From Eledone cirrhosa (Eukaryota), in the NCBI GenBank assembly GCA_964016885.1, contig OZ024750.1, positions 41,788,001 through 41,852,000 of the forward strand: DNA of 64,000 bases. Reading direction: 5' to 3'. This document shows positions 15,001 to 30,000 of this stretch, one piece after another. The translations under genes and the position numbers were made by a program. Positions within the stretch are counted from its first letter, which is position 1; the number at the start of each line of letters is the position of its first letter. The notes under the pieces were generated by a model that was not told the DNA's origin, did not search any database, and saw only the letters and a program-made list of their open reading frames with translations.

Positions 15001-18000
15001 ATCATGTGTAGTAATGTGACAGCTAGAGCATGTGGTCATCATCATGTGTAGTAATGTGACAACTACAGCATGTGGTCAACATCATGTGTAGTAATGTGAC
15101 AACTACAGCATGTGGTCATCATCATGTGTAGTAATGTGACAGTTACATCATGTGGTCATCATCATGTGTAGTAACGTGACAGCTAGGGCATGTGGTCATC
15201 ATCATGTGTAGTAATGTGACAACTACAGCATGTGGTCATCATCACGTGTAGTAATGTGACAGCTACAGCATGTGGTCATCATCATCTGTAGTAATGTGAC
15301 AACTACAGCATGTGGTCATCATCATGTGTAGTAACGTGACAGCTACAGCATTTGGTCATCATCATGTGTAGTAATGTGACAGCTACAGCATGTGGTAATC
15401 ATCATGTGTAGTAATGTGACAGCTACAGCATGTGGTCATCATCATGTGTAGTAATGTGATAGCTAGAGCATGTGGTCATCATCATGTGTAGTAATGTGAC
15501 AGCTACAGCATGTGGTCATCATCATGTGTAGTAATGTGACAGCTACAGCATGTGGTCATCATCATGTGTAGTAATGTGACAACTACAGCATGTGGTCATC
15601 ATCATGTTTAGTAATGTGACAGCTAGAGCATGTGGTCATCATCATGTGTAGTAATGTGACAACTACAGCATGTGGTCATCATCATGTGTAGTAATGTGAC
15701 AGCTACAGCATGTGGTCATCATCATGTGTAGTAATGTGACAACTACAGCATGTGGTCATCATCATGTGTAGTAATGTGACAGCTACAGCATGTGGTCATC
15801 ATCATGTGTAGTAATGTGACAGCTAGAGCATGTGGTCATCATCATGTGTAGTAATGTGACAACTACAGCATGTGGTCAACATCATGTGTAGTAATGTGAC
15901 AACTACAGCATGTGGTCATCATCATGTGTAGTAATGTGACAGTTACATCATGTGGTCATCATCATGTGTAGTAATGTGACAGCTACGGCATATGGTCATT
16001 ATCATGTGTAGTAATGTGACAGCTAGAGCATGTGGTCATCATCATGTGTAGTAATGTGACAGCTACAGCATGTGGTCATCATCATGTGTAGTAACGTGAC
16101 AGCTAGAGCATGTGGTCATCATCATGTGTAGTAATGTGACAACTACAGCATGTGGTCATTATCATGTGTAGTAATGTGACAGCTAGAGCATGTGGTCATC
16201 ATCATGTGTAGTAATGTGACACCTAGAGCATATGGTCATCATCATGTGTAGAAATGTGACAGCTACAGCATGTGGTCATCATGATGTGTAGTAATGTGAC
16301 AGCTACAGCACGTGGTCATCATCATGTGTAGTAATGTGACATCTACAGCATGTGGTCATCATCATGTGTAGTACTGTGACAACTACAGCATGTGGCCATC
16401 AACATGTGTAGTAATGTGACAGCTAGAGCATGTGGTCATCATCATGTGTAGTAATGTGACAACTACAGCATGTGGTCATCATCATGTGTAGTAATGTGAC
16501 AGCTAGAGCATGTGGTCATCATCATGTGTAGTAATGTGACAACTACAGCATGTGGTCATCATCATGTGTAGTAATGTGACAACTACAGCATGTGGTCATC
16601 ATCATGTGTAGTAATGTGACAGCTACATCATGTGGTCATCATCATGTTTAGTAATGTGACAGCTAGAGCATGTGGTCATCATCATGTGTAGTAATGTGAC
16701 AACTACAGCATGTGGTCATCATCATGTGTAGTAATGTGACAGCTACAGCATGTGGTCATCATCATGTGTAGTAATGTGACAACTACAGCATGTGGTCATC
16801 ATCATGTGTAGTAATGTGACAGCTACAGCATGTGGTCATCATCATGTGTAGTAATGTGACAGCTAGAGCATGTGGCCATCATCATGTGTAGTAATGTGAC
16901 AACTACAGCATGTGGTCAACATCATGTGTAGTAATGTGACAACTACAGCATGTGGTCATCATCATGTGTAGTAATGTGACACCTAGAGCATGTGGTCATC
17001 ATCATGGGTAGAAATGTGACAGCTACAGCATGTGGTCATCATCATGTGTAGTAATGTGACAGCTACAGCACGTGGTCATCATCATGTGTAGTAATGTGAC
17101 ATCTACAGCATGTGGTCATCATCATGTGTAGTACTGTGACAACTACAGCATGTGGCCATCATCATGTGTAGTAATGTGACAGCTAGAGCATGTGGTCATC
17201 ATCATGTTTAGTAATGTGACAACTACAGCATGTGGTCATCATCATGTAGTAATGTGACAGCTAGAACATGTGGTCATCATCATGTGTAGTAATGTGACAA
17301 CTACAGCATGTGGTCAACATCATGTGTAGTAATGTGACAACTACAGCATGTGGTCATCATCATGTGTAGTAATGTGACAGTTACATCATGTGGTCATCAT
17401 CATGTGTAGTAACGTGACAGCTAGGGCATGTGGTCATCATCATGTGTAGTAATGTGACAGCTACAGCATGTGGTCATCATCATGTGTAGTAATGTGACAA
17501 CTACAGCATGTGGTCATCATCACGTGTAGTAATGTGACAGCTACATCATGTGGTCATCATGATGTGTAGTAATGTGACAACTACAGCATGTGGTCATCAT
17601 CATGTGTAGCAATGTGACAGCTACAGCATGTGGTCATCATTATGTGTAGTAATGTGACAACTACAGCATGTGGTCATAATCATGTGTAGTAATGTGACAA
17701 CTACAGCATGTGGTCATCATCATGTGTAGTAATGTGACAGCTACAGCATGTGGTCATCATCATCTGTAGTAATGTGACAACTACAGCATGTGGTCATCAT
17801 CATGTGTAGTAACGTGACAGCTACAGCATTTGGTCATCATCATGTGTAGTAATGTGACAGCTACAGCATGTGGTCATCATCATGTGTAGTAATGTGACAG
17901 CTACAGCATGTTGTCATCATCATGTGTAGTAATGTGACAGCTACAGCATGTGGTCATCATCATGTGTAGTAATGTGATAGCTAGAGCATGTGGTCATCAT

Positions 18001-21000
18001 CATGTGTAGTAATGTGACAGCTACAGCATGTGGTCATCATCATGTGTAGTAATGTGACAGCTACAGCATGTGGTCATCATCATGTGTAGTAATGTGACAG
18101 CTACAGCATGTGGTCATCATCATGTGTAGTAATGTGACAGCTACAGCATGTGGTCATCATCATGTGTAGTAATGTGACAGCTAGAGCATGTGGTCATCAT
18201 CATGTGTAGTAATGTGACACCTAGAGCATGTGGTCATCATCATGGGTAGAAATGTGACAGCTACAGCATGTGGTCATCATCATGTGTAGTAATGTGACAG
18301 CTACAGCACGTGGTCATCATCATGTGTAGTAATGTGACATCTACAGCATGTGGTCATCATCATGTGTAGTACTGTGACAACTACAGCATGTGGCCATCAT
18401 CATGTGTAGTAATGTGACAGCTAGAGCATGTGGTCATCATCATGTGTAGTAATGTGACAACTACAGCATGTGGTCATCATCATGTGTAGTAATGTGACAG
18501 CTAGAGCATGTGGTCAACATCATGTGTAGTAATGTGTCAACTACAGCATGTGGTCATCATCATGTGTAGTAATGTGACAACTACAGCATGTGGTCATCAT
18601 CATGTGTAGTAATGTGACAGCTAGAGCATGTGGTCATCATCATGTGTAGTAATGTGACAACTACAGCATGTGGTCATCATCATGTGTAGTAATGTGACAA
18701 CTACAGCATGTGGTCAACATCATGTGTAGTAATGTGACAACTACAGCATGTGGTCATCATCATGTGTAGTAATGTGACAGTTACATCATGTGGTCATCAT
18801 CATGTGTAGTAACGTGACAGCTAGGGCATGTGGTCATCATCATGTGTAGTAATGTGACAACTACAGCATGTGGTCATCATCACGTGTAGTAATGTGACAG
18901 CTACATCATGTGGTCATCATCATGTGTAGTAATGTGACAACTACAGCATGTGGTCATCATCATGTGTAGCAATGTGACAGCTACAGCATGTGGTCATCAT
19001 TATGTGTAGTAATGTGACAACTACAGCATGTAGTCATAATCATGTGTAGTAATGTGACAACTACAGCATGTGGTCATCATCATGTGTAGTAATGTGACAG
19101 CTACAGCATGTGGTCATCATCATCTGTAGTAATGTGACAACTACAGCATGTGGTCATCATCATGTGTAGTAACGTGACAGCTACAGCATTTGGTCATCAT
19201 CATGTGTAGTAATGTGACAGCTACAGCATGTGGTCATCATCATGTGTAGTAATGTGACAGCTACAGCATGTGGTCATCATCATGTGTAGTAACGTGACAG
19301 CTACAGCATTTGGTCATCATCATGTGTAGTAATGTGACAACTACAGCATGTGGACATCATCACGTGTAGTAATGTGACAGCTACATCATGTGGTCATCAT
19401 CATGTGTAGTAATGTGACAGCTACAGCATGTGGTAATCATCATGTGTAGTAATGTGACAGCTAGAGCATGTGGTCATCATCATGTGTAGTAATGTGACAG
19501 CTACAGCATGTGGTCATCATCATGTGTAGTAATGTGATAGCTAGAGCATGTTGTCATCATCATGTGTAGTAATGTGACAGCTACAGCATGTGGTCATCAT
19601 CATGTGTAGTAATGTGACAACTACAGCATGTGGTCATCATCATGTGTAGTAACGTGACAGCTACAGCATTTGGTCATCATCATGTGTAGTAATGTGACAG
19701 CTACAGCATGTGGTAATCATCATGTGTAGTAATGTGACAGCTACAGCATGTGGTCATCATCATGTGTAGTAATGTGACAGCTACAGCATGTGGTCATCAT
19801 CATGTGTAGTAATGTGACAACTACAGCATGTGGTCAACATCATGTGTAGTAATGTGACAACTACAGCATGTGGTCATCATCATGTGTAGTAATGTGACAG
19901 TTACATCATGTGGTCATCATCATGTGTAGTAACGTGACAGCTAGGGCATGTGGTCATCATCATGTGTAGTAATGTGACAACTACAGCATGTGGTCATCAT
20001 CACGTGTAGTAATGTGACAGCTACAGCATGTGGTCATCATCATCTGTAGTAATGTGACAACTACAGCATGTGGTCATCATCATGTGTAGTAACGTGACAG
20101 CTACAGCATTTGGTCATCATCATGTGTAGTAATGTGACAGCTACAGCATGTGGTAATCATCATGTGTAGTAATGTGACAGCTACAGCATGTGGTCATCAT
20201 CATGTGTAGTAATGTGATAGCTAGAGCATGTGGTCATCATCATGTGTAGTAATGTGACAGCTACAGCATGTGGTCATCATCATGTGTAGTAATGTGACAG
20301 CTACAGCATGTGGTCATCATCATGTGTAGTAATGTGACAACTACAGCATGTGGTCATCATCATGTTTAGTAATGTGACAGCTAGAGCATGTGGTCATCAT
20401 CATGTGTAGTAATGTGACAACTACAGCATGTGGTCATCATCATGTGTAGTAATGTGACAGCTACAGCATGTGGTCATCATCATGTGTAGTAATGTGACAA
20501 CTACAGCATGTGGTCATCATCATGTGTAGTAATGTGACAGCTACAGCATGTGGTCATCATCATGTGTAGTAATGTGACAGCTAGAGCATGTGGTCATCAT
20601 CATGTGTAGTAATGTGACAACTACAGCATGTGGTCAACATCATGTGTAGTAATGTGACAACTACAGCATGTGGTCATCATCATGTGTAGTAATGTGACAG
20701 TTACATCATGTGGTCATCATCATGTGTAGTAATGTGACAGCTACGGCATATGGTCATTATCATGTGTAGTAATGTGACAGCTAGAGCATGTGGTCATCAT
20801 CATGTGTAGTAATGTGACAGCTACAGCATGTGGTCATCATCATGTGTAGTAACGTGACAGCTAGAGCATGTGGTCATCATCATGTGTAGTAATGTGACAA
20901 CTACAGCATGTGGTCATTATCATGTGTAGTAATGTGACAGCTAGAGCATGTGGTCATCATCATGTGTAGTAATGTGACACCTAGAGCATATGGTCATCAT

Positions 21001-24000
21001 CATGTGTAGAAATGTGACAGCTACAGCATGTGGTCATCATCATGTGTAGTAATGTGACAGCTACAGCACGTGGTCATCATCATGTGTAGTAATGTGACAT
21101 CTACAGCATGTGGTCATCATCATGTGTAGTACTGTGACAACTACAGCATGTGGCCATCAACATGTGTAGTAATGTGACAGCTAGAGCATGTGGTCATCAT
21201 CATGTGTAGTAATGTGACAACTACAGCATGTGGTCATCATCATGTGTAGTAATGTGACAGCTAGAGCATGTGGTCATCATCATGTGTAGTAATGTGACAA
21301 CTACAGCATGTGGTCATCATCATGTGTAGTAATGTGACAACTACAGCATGTGGTCATCATCATGTGTAGTAATGTGACAGCTACATCATGTGGTCATCAT
21401 CATGTTTAGTAATGTGACAGCTAGAGCATGTGGTCATCATCATGTGTAGTAATGTGACAACTACAGCATGTGGTCATCATCATGTGTAGTAATGTGACAG
21501 CTACAGCATGTGGTCATCATCATGTGTAGTAATGTGACAACTACAGCATGTGGTCATCATCATGTGTAGTAATGTGACAGCTACAGCATGTGGTCATCAT
21601 CATGTGTAGTAATGTGACAGCTAGAGCATGTGGTCATCATCATGTGTAGTAATGTGACAACTACAGCATGTGGTCAACATCATGTGTAGTAATGTGACAA
21701 CTACAGCATGTGGTCATCATCATGTGTAGTAATGTGACACCTAGAGCATGTGGTCATCATCATGGGTAGAAATGTGACAGCTACAGCATATGGTCATCAT
21801 CATGTGTAGTAATGTGACAGCTACAGCACGTGGTCATCATCATGTGTAGTAATGTGACATCTACAGCATGTGGTCATCATCATGTGTAGTACTGTGACAA
21901 CTACAGCATGTGGCCATCATCATGTGTAGTAATGTGACAGCTAGAGCATGTGGTCATCATCATGTTTAGTAATGTGACAACTACAGCATGTGGTCATCAT
22001 CATGTAGTAATGTGACAGCTAGAACATGTGGTCATCATCATGTGTAGTAATGTGACAACTACAGCATGTGGTCAACATCATGTGTAGTAATGTGACAACT
22101 ACAGCATGTGGTCATCATCATGTGTAGTAATGTGACAGTTACATCATGTGGTCATCATCATGTGTAGTAACGTGACAGCTAGGGCATGTGGTCATCATCA
22201 TGTGTAGTAATGTGACAGCTACAGCATGTGGTCATCATCATGTGTAGTAATGTGACAACTACAGCATGTGGTCATCATCACGTGTAGTAATGTGACAGCT
22301 ACATCATGTGTTCATCATGATGTGTAGTAATGTGACAACTACAGCATGTGGTCATCATCATGTGTAGCAATGTGACAGCTACAGCATGTGGTCATCATTA
22401 TGTGTAGTAATGTGACAACTACAGCATGTGGTCATCATCATCTGTAGTAATGTGACAACTACAGCATGTGGTCATCATCATGTGTAGTAACGTGACAGCT
22501 ACAGCATTTGGTCATCATCATGTGTAGTAATGTGACAGCTACAGCATGTGGTAATCATCATGTGTAGTAATGTGACAGCTACAGCATGTTGTCATCATCA
22601 TGTGTAGTAATGTGACAGCTACAGCATGTGGTCATCATCATGTGTAGTAATGTGATAGCTAGAGCATGTGGTCATCATCATGTGTAGTAATGTGACAGCT
22701 ACAGCATGTGGTCATCATCATGTGTAGTAATGTGACAGCTACAGCATGTGGTCATCATCATGTGTAGTAATGTGACAGCTACAGCATGTGGTCATCATCA
22801 TGTGTAGTAATGTGACAGCTACAGCATGTGGTCATCATCATGTGTAGTAATGTGACAGCTAGAGCATGTGGTCATCATCATGTGTAGTAATGTGACACCT
22901 AGAGCATGTGGTCATCATCATGGGTAGAAATGTGACAGCTACAGCATGTGGTCATCATCATGTGTAGTAATGTGACAGCTACAGCACGTGGTCATCATCA
23001 TGTGTAGTAATGTGACATCTACAGCATGTGGTCATCATCATGTGTAGTACTGTGACAACTACAGCATGTGGCCATCATCATGTGTAGTAATGTGACAGCT
23101 AGAGCATGTGGTCATCATCATGTGTAGTAATGTGACAACTACAGCATGTGGTCATCATCATGTGTAGTAATGTGACAGCTAGAGCATGTGGTCAACATCA
23201 TGTGTAGTAATGTGACAACTACAGCATGTGGTCATCATCATGTGTAGTAATGTGACAACTACAGCATGTGGTCATCATCATGTGTAGTAATGTGACAGCT
23301 AGAGCATGTGGTCATCATCATGTGTAGTAATGTGACAACTACAGCATGTGGTCATCATCATGTGTAGTAATGTGACAACTACAGCATGTGGTCAACATCA
23401 TGTGTAGTAATGTGACAACTACAGCATGTGGTCATCATCATGTGTAGTAATGTGACAGTTACATCATGTGGTCATCATCATGTGTAGTAACGTGACAGCT
23501 AGGGCATGTGGTCATCATCATGTGTAGTAATGTGACAACTACAGCATGTGGTCATCATCACGTGTAGTAATGTGACAGCTACATCATGTGGTCATCATCA
23601 TGTGTAGTAATGTGACAACTACAGCATGTGGTCATCATCATGTGTAGCAATGTGACAGCTACAGCATGTGGTCATCATTATGTGTAGTAATGTGACAACT
23701 ACAGCATGTAGTCATAATCATGTGTAGTAATGTGACAACTACAGCATGTGGTCATCATCATGTGTAGTAATGTGACAGCTACAGCATGTGGTCATCATCA
23801 TCTGTAGTAATGTGACAACTACAGCATGTGGTCATCATCATGTGTAGTAACGTGACAGCTACAGCATTTGGTCATCATCATGTGTAGTAATGTGACAGCT
23901 ACAGCATGTGGTCATCATCATGTGTAGTAATGTGACAGCTACAGCATGTGGTCATCATCATGTGTAGTAACGTGACAGCTACAGCATTTGGTCATCATCA

Positions 24001-27000
24001 TGTGTAGTAATGTGACAACTACAGCATGTGGTCATCATCACGTGTAGTAATGTGACAGCTACATCATGTGGTCATCATCATGTGTAGTAATGTGACAGCT
24101 ACAGCATGTGGTAATCATCATGTGTAGTAATGTGACAGCTAGAGCATGTGGTCATCATCATGTGTAGTAATGTGACAGCTACAGCATGTGGTCATCATCA
24201 TGTGTAGTAATGTGATAGCTAGAGCATGTTGTCATCATCATGTGTAGTAATGTGACAGCTACAGCATGTGGTCATCATCATGTGTAGTAATGTGACAACT
24301 ACAGCATGTGGTCATCATCATGTGTAGTAACGTGACAGCTACAGCATTTGGTCATCATCATGTGTAGTAATGTGACAGCTACAGCATGTGGCAATCATCA
24401 TGTGTAGTAATGTGACAGCTACAGCATGTGGTCATCATCATGTGTAGTAATGTGACAGCTACAGCATGTGGTCATCATCATGTGTAGTAATGTGATAGCT
24501 AGAGCATGTGGTCATCATCATGTGTAGTAATGTGACAGCTACAGCATGTGGTCATCATCATGTGTAGTAATGTGACAGCTACAGCATGTGGTCATCATCA
24601 TGTGTAGTAATGTGACAACTACAGCATGTGGTCATCATCATGTGTAGTAATGTGACAACTACAGCATGTGGTCATCATCATGTTTAGTAATGTGACAGCT
24701 AGAGCATGTGGTCATCATCATGTGTAGTAATGTGACAACTACAGCATGTGGTCATCATCATGTGTAGTAATGTGACAGCTACAGCATGTGGTCATCATCA
24801 TGTGTAGTAATGTGACAACTACAGCATGTGGTCATCATCATGTGTAGTAATGTGACAGCTACAGCATGTGGTCATCATCATGTGTAGTAATGTGACAGCT
24901 AGAGCATGTGGTCATCATCATGTGTAGTAATGTGACAACTACAGCATGTGGTCAACATCATGTGTAGTAATGTGACAACTACAGCATGTGGTCATCATCA
25001 TGTGTAGTAATGTGACAGCTACCGCATATGGTCATTATCATGTGTAGTAATGTGACAGCTAGAGCATGTGGTCATCATCATGTGTAGTAATGTGACAGCT
25101 ACAGCATGTGGTCATCATCATGTGTAGTAACGTGACAGCTAGAGCATGTGGTCATCATCATGTGTAGTAATGTGACAACTACAGCATGTGGTCATCATCA
25201 TGTGTAGTAATGTGACAGCTAGAGCATGTGGTCATCATCATGTGTAGTAATGTGACACCTAGAGCATATGGTCATCATCATGTGTAGAAATGGGACAGCT
25301 ACAGCATGTGGTCATCATCATGTGTAGTAATGTGACAGCTACAGCACGTGGTCATCATCATGTGTAGTAATGTGACATCTACAGCATGTGGTCATCATGA
25401 TGTGTAGTACTGTGACAACTACAGCATGTGGCCATCATCATGTGTAGTAATGTGACAGCTAGAGCATGTGGTCATCATCATGTGTAGTAATGTGACAACT
25501 ACAGCATGTGGTCATCATCATGTGTAGTAATGTGACAGCTAGAGCATGTGGTCATCATCATGTGTAGTAATGTGACAACTACAGCATGTGGTCATCATCA
25601 TGTGTAGTAATGAGACAACTACAGCATGTGGTCATCATCATGTGTAGTAATGTGACAGCTACATCATGTGATCATCATCATGTGTAGTAATGTGACAGCT
25701 ACAGCATGTGGTCATCATCATGTGTAGTAATGTGACAGCTACAGCATGTGGTCATCATCATGTGTAGTAATGTGACAAATACAGCATGTGGTCATCATCA
25801 TGTGTAGTAATGTGACAGCGACAGCATGTGGTCATCATCATGTGTAGTAATGTGATAGCTAGAGCATGTGGTCATCATCATGTGTAGTAATGTGACAGCT
25901 ACAGCATGTGGTCATCATCATGTGTAGTAATGTGACAGCTACAGCATGTGGTCATCATCATGTGTAGTAATGTGACAACTACAGCATGTGGTCATCATCA
26001 TGTGTAGTAATGTGACAGCTACAGCATGTGGTCATCATCATGTGTAGTAATGTGACAACTACAGCATGTGGTCATCATCATGTGTAGTAATGTGACAGCT
26101 ACAGCATGTGGTCATCATCATGTGTAGTAATGTGACAACTACAGCATGTGGTCATCATCATGTGTAGTAATGTGACAGCTAGAGTATGTGGTCATCATCA
26201 TGTGTAGTAATGTGACAGCTAGATGATGTGGTCATCATCATGTGTAGTAATGTGACAGCTACAGCACGTGGTCATCATCATGTGTAGTAATGTGACATCT
26301 ACAGCATGTGGTCATCATCATGTGTAGTACTGTGACAACTACAGCATGTGGCCATCATCATGTGTAGTAATGTGACAGCTAGAGCATGTGGTCATCATCA
26401 TGTGTAGTAATGTGACAACTACACCATGTGGTCATCATCATGTGTAGTAATGTGACAACTACAGCATGTGGTCATCATCATCTGCAGTAATGTGACAGCT
26501 ACATCATGTGGTCATCATCATGTGTAGTAATGTGACAGCTACAGCATGTCGTCATCATCATGTGTAGTAATGTGACAACTACAGCATGTGGTCATCATCA
26601 TGTGTAGTAATGTGACAACTACAGCATGTGGTCATCATCATGTGTAGTAATGTGACAACTACAGCATGTGGTCATCATCATCTGCAGTAATGTGACAGCT
26701 ACATCATGTGGTCATCATCATGTGTAGTAATGTGACAGCTACAGCATGTGGTCATCATCATGTGTAGTAATGTGACAGCTAGAGCATATGGTCATCATCA
26801 TGTGTAGTAATGTGACAACTACAGCATGTGGTCATCATCATGTGTAGTAATGTGACAGCTACAGCATGTGGTCATCATCATGTGTAGTAATGTGACAGCT
26901 AGAGCATATGGTCATCATCATGTGTAGTACTGTGACAACTACAGCATGTGGCCATCATCATGTGTAGTAATGTGACAGCTAGAGCATGTGGTCATCATCA

Positions 27001-30000
27001 TGTGTAGTAATGTGACAACTACAGCATGTGGTCATCATCATGTGTAGTAATGTGACAACTACAGCATGTGGTCATCATCGTAATGTGACAACTACATCAT
27101 GTGGTCATCATCATGTGTAGTAATGTGACAGCTACAGCATGTCGTCATCATCATGTGTAGTAATGTGACAACTACAGCATGTGGTCATCATCATGTGTAG
27201 TAATGTGACAGCTACAGCATGTGGTCATCATCATGTGTAGTAATGTGACAGCTACAGCATGTGGTCATCATCATGTGTAGTAATGTGACAAATACAGCAT
27301 GTGGTCATCATCATGTGTAGTAATGTGACAGCGACAGCATGTGGTCATCATCATGTGTAGTAATGTGATAGCTAGAGCATGTGGTCATCATCATGTGTAG
27401 TAATGTGACAGCTACAGCATGTGGTCATCATCATGTGTAGTAATGTGACAGCTACAGCATGTGGTCATCATCATGTGTAGTAATGTGACAACTACAGCAT
27501 GTGGTCATCATCATGTGTAGTAATGTGACAGCTACAGCATGTGGTCATCATCATGTGTAGTAATGTGACAACTACAGCATGTGGTCATCATCATGTGTAG
27601 TAATGTGACAGCTACAGCATGTGGTCATCATCATGTGTAGTAATGTGACAACTACAGCATGTGGTCATCATCATGTGTAGTAATGTGACAGCTAGAGTAT
27701 GTGGTCATCATCATGTGTAGTAATGTGACAGCTAGATGATGTGGTCATCATCATGTGTAGTAATGTGACAGCTACAGCACGTGGTCATCATCATGTGTAG
27801 TAATGTGACATCTACAGCATGTGGTCATCATCATGTGTAGTACTGTGACAACTACAGCATGTGGCCATCATCATGTGTAGTAATGTGACAGCTAGAGCAT
27901 GTGGTCATCATCATGTGTAGTAATGTGACAACTACACCATGTGGTCATCATCATGTGTAGTAATGTGACAACTACAGCATGTGGTCATCATCATCTGCAG
28001 TAATGTGACAGCTACATCATGTGGTCATCATCATGTGTAGTAATGTGACAGCTACAGCATGTCGTCATCATCATGTGTAGTAATGTGACAACTACAGCAT
28101 GTGGTCATCATCATGTGTAGTAATGTGACAACTACAGCATGTGGTCATCATCATGTGTAGTAATGTGACAACTACAGCATGTGGTCATCATCATCTGCAG
28201 TAATGTGACAGCTACATCATGTGGTCATCATCATGTGTAGTAATGTGACAGCTACAGCATGTGGTCATCATCATGTGTAGTAATGTGACAGCTAGAGCAT
28301 ATGGTCATCATCATGTGTAGTAATGTGACAACTACAGCATGTGGTCATCATCATGTGTAGTAATGTGACAGCTACAGCATGTGGTCATCATCATGTGTAG
28401 TAATGTGACAGCTAGAGCATATGGTCATCATCATGTGTAGTACTGTGACAACTACAGCATGTGGCCATCATCATGTGTAGTAATGTGACAGCTAGAGCAT
28501 GTGGTCATCATCATGTGTAGTAATGTGACAACTACAGCATGTGGTCATCATCATGTGTAGTAATGTGACAACTACAGCATGTGGTCATCATCATGTGTAG
28601 TAATGTGACAACTACATCATGTGGTCATCATCATGTGTAGTAATGTGACAGCTACAGCATGTCGTCATCATCATGTGTAGTAATGTGACAACTACAGCAT
28701 GTGGTCATCATCATGTGTAGTAATGTGACAACTACAGCATGTGGTCATCATCATGTGTAGTAATGTGACAACTACAGCATGTGGTCATCATCATCTGCAG
28801 TAATGTGACAGCTACATCATGTGGTCATCATCATGTGTAGTAATGTGACAGCTACAGCATGTGGTCATCATCATGTGTAGTAATGTGACAGCTAGAGCAT
28901 ATGGTCATCATCATGTGTAGTAATGTGACAACTACAGCATGTGGTCATCATCATGTGTAGTAATGTGACAGCTACAGCATGTGGTCATCATCATGTGTAG
29001 TAATGTGACAAATACAGCATGTGATCATCATCATGTGTAGTAATGTGACAGCTACAGCATGTGGTCATCATCATGTGTAGTAATGTGATAGCTAGAGCAT
29101 GTGGTCATCATCATGTGTAGTAATGTGACAGCTACAGCATGTGGTCATCATCATGTGTAGTAATGTGACAACTACAGCATGTGGTCATCATCATGTGTAG
29201 TAATGTGACAGCTAGAGCATGTGGTCATCATCATGTGTAGTAATGTGACAACTACAGCATGTGGTCATCATCATGTGTAGTAATGTGACAGCTACAGCAT
29301 GTGGTCATCATCATGTGTAGTAATGTGACAACTACAGCATGTGGTCATCATCATGTGTAGTAATGTGACAGCTACAGCATGTGGTCATCATCATGTGTAG
29401 TAATGTGACAGCTAGAGCATGTGGTCATCATCATGTGTAGTAATGTGACAACTACAGCATGTGGTCAACATCATGTGTAGTAATGTGACAACTACAGCAT
29501 GTGGTCATCATCATGTGTAGTAATGTGACAGTTACATCATGTGGTCATCATCATGTGTAGTAATGTGACAGCTACGGCATATGGTCATTATCATGTGTAG
29601 TAATGTGACAGCTAGAGCATGTGGTCATCATCATGTGTAGTAATGTGACAGCTACAGCATGTGGTCATCATCATGTGTAGTAATGTGACAGCTAGAGCAT
29701 GTGGTCATCATCATGTGTAGTAATGTGACAACTACAGCATGTGGTCATCATCATGTGTAGTAATGTGACAGCTAGAGCATGTGGTCATCATCATGTGTAG
29801 TAATGTGACACCTAGAGCATGTGGTCATCATCATGTGTATAAATGTGACAGCTACAGCATGTGGTCATCATCATGTGTAGTAATGTGACAGCTACAGCAC
29901 GTGGTCATCATCATGTGTAGTAATGTGACATATACAGCATGTGGTCATCATCATGTGTAGTACTGTGACAACTACAGCATGTGGCCATCATCATGTGTAG